From Chitinophagales bacterium (GTDB lineage Bacteria; Bacteroidota; Bacteroidia; Chitinophagales; Chitinophagaceae): a stretch of 64,000 bases of DNA. Made by a program: the position numbers and the translations under genes. This document shows positions 49,800 to 57,679 of this stretch, in pieces. Numbering within the stretch: the stretch's first letter is position 1; every line of letters begins with the position of its first letter. Location of the stretch: NCBI GenBank assembly GCA_051715485.1, contig JBPXJV010000011.1, positions 732-64,731 on the forward strand, written 5' to 3'. The notes below the pieces were generated by a model, which did not search any database, was not told where the DNA came from, and worked only from the letters and a program-made list of their open reading frames with translations.

Positions 49800-50412
49800 C
49801 GAAATTCTTAGTCAGCACCAAATAGAATTATTGCCGTTTATAAGTTCTTTTAAAAGAGAATATTATTTGGTAGGCGGAACTGCTATTGCATTATATATTG
49901 GACATCGCAGGTCTATTGATTTTGATTTATTTAAATTCTCCGCTATTAACCATAAAAAAAATCTGTCTAAAATAACTGCTTCAGGGTTTCAGCATACCAT
50001 TACAAGAAGGGTAGCAGAACAAATGAATGTAACCATAAACAATGTTAAGCTAACTTTTTTTCAGTACCCTTTTGAAATAAAAGCAGATAATCCGTTTGGG
50101 CAATATATTAAACTTCCTTCGCTATTAGATTTAGGTGCAATGAAAGCTTACGCTTTAGGAAGAAGGTCTAAATGGAAAGATTATGTGGATTTGTATTTTA
50201 TGTTGAACAATAATTATTGTTCTATAAACAATATTAGTAAACGTGCAGAAGAATTGTTTGGAGATATGTTTTCGGGCAAGCTATTTCGTGCACAATTGGT
50301 ATATTTTAATGATATAGATTATGAAGAAGCAGTAGAGTACCTTATACCCAACCCACCTACCAACGAAACAATAAAAAATAAATTAATAGAAGCAGCAATC
50401 AATATTTTTTAA
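49792..50412 (+). CDS. Nucleotidyltransferase, AbiEii/AbiGii (DUF1814)-like toxin family
   Basis: Pol-beta NTase motif GGTAIALYIGHRRSIDFDLF (G[GS]x13DxD). Start set at ATG 49792 (MHSEIL), which overlaps the upstream stop. Confidence 0.6.
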   Translation: MHSEILSQHQIELLPFISSFKREYYLVGGTAIALYIGHRRSIDFDLFKFSAINHKKNLSKITASGFQHTITRRVAEQMNVTINNVKLTFFQYPFEIKADNPFGQYIKLPSLLDLGAMKAYALGRRSKWKDYVDLYFMLNNNYCSINNISKRAEELFGDMFSGKLFRAQLVYFNDIDYEEAVEYLIPNPPTNETIKNKLIEAAINIF

Positions 50413-50456
50413 TGAGTAATACAGTAATAAAAGTAGAAAATTTATCAAAACAATAT
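50410..50456 (+). repeat. Direct repeat copy A (47 bp, identical to 52860..52906)
   Basis: TAATGAGTAATACAGTAATAAAAGTAGAAAATTTATCAAAACAATAT compared base by base with copy B. Confidence 0.95.
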
Positions 50457-50471
50457 TTGTTTTTTGATTAA
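50412..50471 (+). pseudogene. 19-codon stump of a wzt 5' end
   Basis: Encodes MSNTVIKVENLSKQYLFFD*. The first 15 codons are identical to intact wzt at 52862. Its stop overlaps the next ATG (TAATG). Confidence 0.85.
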
Positions 50472-51808
50472 TGACAAATAAAGCACTTCAATCTTTTCTA
50501 AAACAAGGCGAAAATGAAACACTGGAATTTAAAACCTCATTTAGTGATGAGGTGATTGTATCGTTGGTAGCTTTTGCCAATACAAAAGGAGGAGAAGTTT
50601 TTATTGGAATTTCAGACAATGGAGCAACAAAAGGTGTAAATATTGGACAAGAAACTATTCAGAAATGGATCAATGAAATTAAAAGCAAAACAGCTTCCGC
50701 TATTATCCCTGATGTAGAAATAATTGAGGAGCATGGAAAAACGATAGTGGTGTTTAAGATTCAAGAATATCCCATTAAGCCTGTTTCTCTAAAAGGAAAA
50801 TGCTATAAACGAGTAGGCAATTCCAACCATTTGATGAGCGTGGAAGAAATAGCCAACGAGCATTTAAAAACCATCAACACAAGTTGGGACTTTTATATTG
50901 ACTCCAATCATTCCTTAGAAAATATCTCTTTGGATAAAGTAAAGCGGTTTATTAGAAAAATTGAGCAACGAACCGAAGCTCCCATTCTTTATGCTCCGCT
51001 TGAATTTCTGTCAAAAATGGAAATGATTAGAGAGGGAAAGCTCACCTTTGGAGCTTATTTACTCTTTGTTTCGGATTATTGCCCTATAAGCGATGTGCAG
51101 ATCGGTCGTTTTAAAAGCGATATCACCATTATTGATTCCTTATCGCTCAATACCGATTTGTTTACAGAAGTGGATGAGATTATAGCTTTTATCAAAAAGC
51201 ATTTAATGATGGAGTATATTATTACAGGAGAGCCACAACGTATTGAACGTTTCGACTATCCATTAGATGCTATTCGTGAAGTGGTAACCAATATGATTGT
51301 ACACCGTGATTACCACGATAGTTCAGGTAGTGTGATTAAAATTTTTGACAATAGAATTGAATTTTATAATCCGGGAAAATTATTTGGAGGTATTACTATT
51401 CAGGATTTGCTTACCGGAAACTATACCTCAAAATCAAGAAACAAACTGATTGCTAAAGCCTTTAAAGAAGCTGGTTTAATTGAGCGTTATGGTTCAGGAA
51501 TTTTACGCATACAAAATATTTGTAAGGATTACGGAGTAATTCCACCTGTATTTGAAGAGAATATAACAGGGTTTAAGGTTGTCTTGTTTAATGAAAAACT
51601 TAAACAGGATGTAAATGTCGGTGTAAATGTCGGTGTAAATGATTTATTGAATTTAATTAAGAATAACCCGGGAATGAATGCTAAATGGTTATATCAGCAT
51701 TTTGATGTAACTAATAGAACGGTAGAGCGTTGGCTTAAACAATTACGAGATGAAAGCAAAATTGAATTTAGAGGAGCAGCAAAAACAGGCGGATATTTTG
51801 TGTTATAA
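50471..51808 (+). CDS. Schlafen/AlbA_2-domain protein with HATPase-like middle domain and C-terminal wHTH (annotated in databases as RecG-like putative transcriptional regulator)
   Basis: N-terminal GENETLEFKTSF...AFANTKGGEVFIG (AlbA_2), central HRDY...GSGI pattern, C-terminal ...AAKTGGYFVL. Confidence 0.7.
   Translation: MTNKALQSFLKQGENETLEFKTSFSDEVIVSLVAFANTKGGEVFIGISDNGATKGVNIGQETIQKWINEIKSKTASAIIPDVEIIEEHGKTIVVFKIQEYPIKPVSLKGKCYKRVGNSNHLMSVEEIANEHLKTINTSWDFYIDSNHSLENISLDKVKRFIRKIEQRTEAPILYAPLEFLSKMEMIREGKLTFGAYLLFVSDYCPISDVQIGRFKSDITIIDSLSLNTDLFTEVDEIIAFIKKHLMMEYIITGEPQRIERFDYPLDAIREVVTNMIVHRDYHDSSGSVIKIFDNRIEFYNPGKLFGGITIQDLLTGNYTSKSRNKLIAKAFKEAGLIERYGSGILRIQNICKDYGVIPPVFEENITGFKVVLFNEKLKQDVNVGVNVGVNDLLNLIKNNPGMNAKWLYQHFDVTNRTVERWLKQLRDESKIEFRGAAKTGGYFVL
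51611..51640 (+). repeat. 12-bp in-frame tandem repeat (GTAAATGTCGGT x2.5) encoding VNVG linker
   Basis: Direct reading of the sequence. It sits between the core and the wHTH tail of the AlbA_2 protein. Confidence 0.9.
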
Positions 51809-51825
51809 AAAAATAAGACTATAAA

Positions 51826-52807
51826 ATGAAAGTAGCCATCATGCAGCCCTATCTTTTTCCGTACATAGGGTACTTTCAAATGATTCATTCGGTAGATGCT
51901 TTTGTGTTTTATGATGATGTAAACTATATAAACAGAGGATGGGTAAATAGAAATAGGATTTTGATTAACGGAGACGCTAATTATTTTACTGTTCCCTTAT
52001 TAAATGCTAGTCAGAATAAGCTGATCAACGAGATTGAAATAAATTATACAGCAAAAGAATATAAAAACCTTACTAAGACAATTGAAATGGCTTATAAAAA
52101 AGCTCCTTATTTTAGTGTAGTGTATCCTCTTGTCTCTGAAATCATAGTAGGACAATACAAGTCATTAGCTGAGATAGCCATTCATAGTATCAAAGAGTGT
52201 TCTCAGTATCTTGGATTGCAGTCAAAGTTTTATGTTTCATCACAAGATTTTTCAAACACAAGGGGGATGGAGAAGGCAGAAAGGTTGCAGTCTATCTGTA
52301 AAAAAACTAGGAGCAACTAACTATATCAATGCTATAGGTGGAATGGAGCTGTATTCAAAGGAGAACTTTGCAGAATATGGCATTCGGCTTCAATTTATCA
52401 AGTCTTTGCCGATAGAGTATAAGCAATTTAATAATGAATTTGTTACTTGGCTTTCTATTATTGACGTGTTGATGTTTAATAGTAAAGAAGAAAAAAAGAA
52501 ATGTTCAATAAATCAAATTACCGAACAAATTACCGAGCAAGATACCGAGCAAGTTACCGAGCAAGTTAAATCACTTATCCAAATATTAGATACCGAAATG
52601 GATAGGCAGGAAATACAACGTAAATTAGGGCTTTCCCATAGGGAAAACTTTAGGTCTAATTATCTTAAACCCGCATTAGAACTTAAATTAATAGAAATGA
52701 CCATACCCGATAAACCCATTAGTAAAAATCAACAATATAAGTTATCAGAGAAAGGAAGAAGTTTTTTATTAAACAAAAGAAAAGAGGCATTATTGAAAAA
52801 AGCGTAA
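51826..52807 (+). pseudogene. WbqC-family gene, frameshifted in an A7 run and fused to a foreign wHTH tail
   Basis: MKVAIMQPYLFPYIGYF (WbqC N-terminus). The frame switches at A7 52300-52306 (ICKK | KLGATNYINAIGG continues in the +1 frame). After ~52500 the ORF continues into a (I/V/D)TEQ repeat plus a wHTH fragment. Confidence 0.7.
52516..52566 (+). repeat. 12-bp in-frame tandem repeat (ATTACCGARCAA-like x4) encoding ITEQ ITEQ DTEQ VTEQ
   Basis: Direct reading of the sequence. Confidence 0.9.
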
Positions 52808-52859
52808 GCCGTAAAACAGGAGGATATTTTATTACAGAATGATATAAACAATGGAGCAA

Positions 52860-52906
52860 TAATGAGTAATACAGTAATAAAAGTAGAAAATTTATCAAAA
52901 CAATAT
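52860..52906 (+). repeat. Direct repeat copy B (47 bp, identical to 50410..50456)
   Basis: Base-by-base identity; contains the start of intact wzt. Confidence 0.95.
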
Positions 52907-54106
52907 CGTTTAGGCGAAGTAGGCACAGGTACACTTAGCCACGATTTAAAACGATGGTGGTATAAGGCTCAAGGCAAAGAAGATCCCTTCTTAAAAATTG
53001 GAGAAGCCAATGATAGAACAGCAAAAGGAGATAGCGATTATGTTTGGGCTTTGAAAGATATAAATTTTGAAGTAAAACAAGGTGAAGTATTAGGTATTAT
53101 AGGACGAAATGGAGCTGGTAAAAGCACATTATTAAAAATACTTTCTAAAACCACTTTACCTACAACTGGTAGCATAAAAGTAAAAGGTAGAATAGCCAGC
53201 TTATTAGAAGTAGGTACAGGCTTTCATCCTGAAATGACGGGTAGAGAAAACATTTTTTTAAATGGAGCTATACTTGGCATGACGAGAAAAGAAATAAAAA
53301 GCAAGTTTGATGAAATTGTGGATTTTGCAGGTGTAGAACGCTATATAGATACACCAGTAAAACGTTATAGCAGTGGTATGTATGTACGTTTAGCCTTTGC
53401 TGTAGCCGCTCACTTAGAAAGTGAAATTCTGATTGTTGATGAAGTTTTAGCCGTTGGTGATGCCGAATTTCAAAAAAAATGCTTAGGCAAAATGGGCGAA
53501 GTTAGCAAAGGAGAAGGCAGAACAGTCTTGTTTGTGAGTCATAATATGGCGGCGGTAAGGAATCTTTGTACAAATGGTATTTTTTTAAGTAATGGAATGG
53601 TATTATTTAGTGGTAAAATTGAGAATACAATTGATTCTTATCAAAAAGAACAAGCTTACAATTACCAAACATCTTTTAAAAATATCAATACTGATTTCCA
53701 AGAATTAATAATAAGTAACTTCGAAATTACCTCAGAAATAGAAACTGGAAAACAATTTGAGTTTGAGGTAAAAATAAATTCTCCAATATCTAAAACCGTA
53801 CAATTTGCTATCGGCTTTCGACTACCAGATACAACCCCTCTTCTACATATATACTCTGGTCATGTCGGTGAGAGCTTTGAGTTATCTCAAGGAGAAAATA
53901 TAATTAAGGGTAAAATTAATTCATTACCTATATGTGCAGGTATATACGAACTTAACCTGTGGTTAGGATACGATGGAATTGTTTATGATTTTCATGAAAA
54001 AGCAATAACAATATTTGTTAACGAAGGAGCTTTGCGTAAAGGTGGTCCAGTATCAACAAAAAACGGATATCCTATAATTTTAGATATAAATTGGCATAAA
54101 AAATAA
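52862..54106 (+). CDS. wzt: Polysaccharide ABC exporter ATP-binding protein (Wzt type) with divergent C-terminal domain
   Basis: GRNGAGKST, YSSGMYVRLAFA, ILIVDEVLAVGD, FVSHN. The NBD is highly similar to 116..1390, but the C-terminal ~160 aa are unrelated in sequence. Confidence 0.85.
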   Translation: MSNTVIKVENLSKQYRLGEVGTGTLSHDLKRWWYKAQGKEDPFLKIGEANDRTAKGDSDYVWALKDINFEVKQGEVLGIIGRNGAGKSTLLKILSKTTLPTTGSIKVKGRIASLLEVGTGFHPEMTGRENIFLNGAILGMTRKEIKSKFDEIVDFAGVERYIDTPVKRYSSGMYVRLAFAVAAHLESEILIVDEVLAVGDAEFQKKCLGKMGEVSKGEGRTVLFVSHNMAAVRNLCTNGIFLSNGMVLFSGKIENTIDSYQKEQAYNYQTSFKNINTDFQELIISNFEITSEIETGKQFEFEVKINSPISKTVQFAIGFRLPDTTPLLHIYSGHVGESFELSQGENIIKGKINSLPICAGIYELNLWLGYDGIVYDFHEKAITIFVNEGALRKGGPVSTKNGYPIILDINWHKK

Positions 54107-54140
54107 AACAAAAACAGATTATTTAAAATAGTACGAAATA

Positions 54141-54797
54141 ATGAGTAAATATCAACAATACACAACGTTTGAAAGAGCACCGTTTTACGAAGTCGCCAGA
54201 CCGTATATTACACCTACTGCTAAAGTGTTAGATATTGGTCCTGGTGACGGTTCTTTCTCAAAACACTTCAATAGAAATGATTTTTACCTCTTGGAGGGTA
54301 ATGAAGAAACTGTTAATTTCCTCAAAAAGTCGTATAAAAATATCACACTAGGTAGTGTACCCAAACTCCCATACGAGAATAATTTCTTCGATCTTATTCA
54401 CTGTAGTCATGTCATAGAACATCTTCAACCACAAGAATTTTACGACACGTTGAAGGAGATGGATCGTTGTTTAAATATTAATGGGCATTTAGTTATATCT
54501 GCTCCGCTATTATGGGATGAATTTTACGATGATCTTTCACATGTTAAACCATACACTCCGAAAGTTATACAAAAATATCTAGTCTGGGGCGATCCTTCAT
54601 GTGCAACACGAGAACTTATTTCTAATAGATATACATTAGAAAAAATTATATACAGAACTTATTGGAAACACATAAGTGAAGACTTGTATATCGGCAATCA
54701 ACATTTCATTACAAAAGTAATCAGAAAGATACTCAACATATTTAATGTAAGGAAATTAAAAAAGAATGGTTTTACAATTATTCTAAAGAAGAATTAG
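54141..54797 (+). CDS. Class I SAM-dependent methyltransferase
   Basis: VLDIGPGDG, FDLIHCSHVIEHL. Confidence 0.65.
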   Translation: MSKYQQYTTFERAPFYEVARPYITPTAKVLDIGPGDGSFSKHFNRNDFYLLEGNEETVNFLKKSYKNITLGSVPKLPYENNFFDLIHCSHVIEHLQPQEFYDTLKEMDRCLNINGHLVISAPLLWDEFYDDLSHVKPYTPKVIQKYLVWGDPSCATRELISNRYTLEKIIYRTYWKHISEDLYIGNQHFITKVIRKILNIFNVRKLKKNGFTIILKKN

Positions 54798-54837
54798 CCT
54801 AATTGAAATTAATTTCACTCAACAGACACATAACATA

Positions 54838-55698
54838 ATGTTAAGTATCATAATTCCTACTTATAATCGGGCTCATTTAATAAGTGAAACCCTCGAAAGT
54901 ATTCAAGCCCAAACCTATCAAGATTGGGAATGCTTGGTTGTTGATGATTTTTCAACTGATAATACAGAAGAACTTATACATCAATATTCATTTAGAGATA
55001 ATAGGATAAAATACCTCAAAAATGAAAGAAAAAAAGGGGCTCAGGGAGCAAGAAATACAGGTGTTTTGAAATCAAAAGGAGTATATGTTTCTTTTTTTGA
55101 TTCGGATGACACCATGTTTCCTGAAAGGTTGGAAAAGCAAATTAGATATTTACAGGAAAATGTAAGTATTGATATTTGCACCTGTTACTCGCATCTAATA
55201 AATGATAGAAATGAAATTACTGGATCTTTTACTTGGATAACGAAAGGTAATATTCTTAAACAACTATTAGAACGTACTACCTATGTAGATTATAATTCAG
55301 CAGTGATTAGAAAGAATATATTTGATTCCGCAGGCTTATTGGATGAGGATTGCCCATCTTATCAGGAATGGGACACCTATATAAGCATAGCACTATATGC
55401 AAACTTCGGCACTGTACATGAATTATTGATAAATTACCACCAAAGAAATTCTGGTCGAATATCAAATGATAATCAACGAGAATTAAATGGACTGATATAT
55501 ATTTATTCTAAGCATAAGGAGTTATTTATAGAAAATTTGGGTATTACATCATTTAAGAATAAACTCAAAAATTTAGCTTATTTGATTTTAAATCAAAATA
55601 AAGATTTTCAGGATAAAGCAATTTCAACTATACCAGAATTAAAGGGAATTATCTTTAGACTTAAAATTAAAAACAAATTGAGTAAACTATTAAAATAG
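54838..55698 (+). CDS. Glycosyltransferase family 2
   Basis: LSIIIPTYNRAHLI, VVDDFSTD, FFDSDD. Confidence 0.8.
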   Translation: MLSIIIPTYNRAHLISETLESIQAQTYQDWECLVVDDFSTDNTEELIHQYSFRDNRIKYLKNERKKGAQGARNTGVLKSKGVYVSFFDSDDTMFPERLEKQIRYLQENVSIDICTCYSHLINDRNEITGSFTWITKGNILKQLLERTTYVDYNSAVIRKNIFDSAGLLDEDCPSYQEWDTYISIALYANFGTVHELLINYHQRNSGRISNDNQRELNGLIYIYSKHKELFIENLGITSFKNKLKNLAYLILNQNKDFQDKAISTIPELKGIIFRLKIKNKLSKLLK

Positions 55699-55873
55699 AA
55701 TTTAATTCTTATCACAACATTACCCGACCATCATTAAACACATAGAATAAACACCAATACCTATTTCTAAAAGCTTACAAATCAAGATATATATTTATTT
55801 TTATAGATTAATTTGTATCAGAAAATTAGAAAAGTGATTTTTAATAACCAATGAACCAACCCTTCCAATAGAT

Positions 55874-56344
55874 CTTAAAGCAAGGCGAAAACGAAATCGC
55901 AGTATTTATAACCCAGGAAAGCTTCCAGAAGGTATTCGTATTCAAGATTTAACAGAAAACAACTATAAATCTACTCCGAGAAATATTGTGATTGCAGATT
56001 TTTTTAAAAATTTAGGTTGGATTGAAAAATACGGTTCGGGAATAGGTAAAATTATCAACTATTTTATTGAAAATAATTCCCCTAGCCCAAAATTTGAAAC
56101 TATAGGAGAAGGATTTCAGGTAACAGTATTTGCAACAAAATAAAGAAGAAAACAAAAGTGAGGGATTAAAATCTCTGCTGGAAACTATTTCTTTAAACAA
56201 AGGTATTTTGGCAAAAGATATAGTTGTTTTGTTAGAAAACCGCCCTAAAAAACAATAGAAAGGCAAATAGCTGAGTTGATAAAGAAAGAATTGATAGAAC
56301 GAAGAAGAAGTAGAAAAAATGGCGGATATTTTATAAAAGGATAA
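55874..56344 (+). pseudogene. Decayed AlbA_2/Schlafen-family gene (internal deletion plus frameshift)
   Basis: LKQGENE (N-terminal motif) is joined out of frame to YNPGKLPEGIRIQDL...YGSGIGKI...FQVTVFATK*. A wHTH tail follows (...IERRRSRKNGGYFIKG*), broken by a stop/frameshift in an A-run. Collinear with 50471..51808. Confidence 0.7.
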
Positions 56345-56490
56345 GAAAATAGAACGATCGTAATTATTACTATTAAATAATAAAATCATCCATCATATAA
56401 GCCTATACATTTTCTTATAAACATCATAAATCATAGATTTTCAGAAAAAAGAATTAATTGAAAACTCAAATATCATTTAACACCTAAATC

Positions 56491-56931
56491 ATGCTCGAAA
56501 AAATAATTCACAATAACCTTATCCTTTCCATCATCATCAGAAAAGATTATCAAAAGCAAGGCATTGAGTTTTTTACCAATGATAATGATTCGCAACAATT
56601 AGGTTATATGTGCCGTCCTAAAGATTATGTGATTCCTCCTCACAGACATAATTTGGTAAAACGTGATGTACATCTTACTCAAGAAGTACTATTTATCAAA
56701 TCGGGCAAAGTACGAGTAGATTTTTTTGATAATGAACAACATTATATCAAAAGTACTATACTTTTTCCTGGAGACGTAATCTTACTTTCTGATGGTGGAC
56801 ATGGCTTTAAAATGTTAGAAGAAAGTGAGATAATAGAAGTAAAACAAGGTCCTTACTGTGGAGAGCAAGATAAAGTGAGATTTGAACCTATTAATGATAA
56901 CGATGTAAAATTAACTAATGAGCAATTTTAA
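56491..56931 (+). CDS. Cupin-fold protein (sugar-nucleotide isomerase/epimerase-like, tentative)
   Basis: PPHRH...EVLFIKSGKVRV...GD...GGHGF cupin motifs; polysaccharide-locus context. Confidence 0.5.
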   Translation: MLEKIIHNNLILSIIIRKDYQKQGIEFFTNDNDSQQLGYMCRPKDYVIPPHRHNLVKRDVHLTQEVLFIKSGKVRVDFFDNEQHYIKSTILFPGDVILLSDGGHGFKMLEESEIIEVKQGPYCGEQDKVRFEPINDNDVKLTNEQF

Positions 56932-57679
56932 GTTTTACAGCCAATACTACGACTTACTTTACAAAGACAAAGATTATAATGCTGAAGCAAATTATATTGT
57001 TTCACTTATCAATAAATATAATAGTAAGGCAACTAAGATTATTGAACTTGGTTGTGGTACTGGTAATCATGCAGAAATTATTTGCCCAAAAGGTTATGAA
57101 ATTATAGGGTTAGAAAGAAGTGCAGAAATGGTTGATTTGGCAAAACAAAAAAACATCAATAATTTCTTTCCTCAGGTTGCAGATATTACACAGTTTAAAC
57201 TTAAAGAAAAAGCAGATGTTGCTCTTGCTTTGTTTCATGTTATTAGCTATTTAAACGATAACAAACAACTAATTAATTGTTTTAAAACTGTACACAATCA
57301 TTTAAACGAAAATGGTATTTTTATATTTGATATTTGGTACACACCAGCAGTGTATTCTCAAAAACCCGAAACAAGAATAAAGCGTTTGGCTAACACAGAA
57401 ATTGAAATTACCAGACTTGCTCAATCACTCATACACCATCAAACCAATGTAGTAGATGTTAATTATGAAGTAATGATAAAAGATAAAAAAACAAATATAT
57501 CTACATCAATTTTTGAAAAACATCCAATGCGTCATTTTTCTATTCCCGAAATTGAATTATTGGCTACACATACAGGTTTTGAATTAGTACACACCGAAGA
57601 ATTTTTAACTGCAAATGAACCATCAGAAAATACTTGGGGCGTTTGTTTTATACTTAGAAAAAAATTAATAAATGAATAA
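56918..57679 (+). CDS. SAM-dependent methyltransferase resembling TylM1/DesVI-type sugar N-methyltransferases
   Basis: YYDLLYKDKDYNAEANYI, ELGCGTGNH, LFHVISYL, GIFIFDIW. Its stop overlaps the aminotransferase start. Confidence 0.55.
   Translation: MSNFKFYSQYYDLLYKDKDYNAEANYIVSLINKYNSKATKIIELGCGTGNHAEIICPKGYEIIGLERSAEMVDLAKQKNINNFFPQVADITQFKLKEKADVALALFHVISYLNDNKQLINCFKTVHNHLNENGIFIFDIWYTPAVYSQKPETRIKRLANTEIEITRLAQSLIHHQTNVVDVNYEVMIKDKKTNISTSIFEKHPMRHFSIPEIELLATHTGFELVHTEEFLTANEPSENTWGVCFILRKKLINE

Noticed and set aside
52719-52934. Two minus-strand ORFs (71 and 65 aa) spanning the WbqC-chimera/wzt junction.
   Set aside because: They are antisense to the wHTH tail and the wzt start, with hydrophobic low-complexity translations and no support.
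56012-56389. 125-aa minus-strand ORF.
   Set aside because: It lies antisense to the clearly recognisable plus-strand AlbA_2 pseudogene remnants, and its translation is Phe/Ser/Leu-rich junk.
49539-56490. The island as a classical mobile element (IS, transposon, ICE or prophage).
   Set aside because: No transposase, integrase, recombinase, terminal inverted repeats or phage structural genes were found. The only boundary signal is the 47-bp direct repeat, so it is reported as a mosaic insert rather than as a mobile_element feature.
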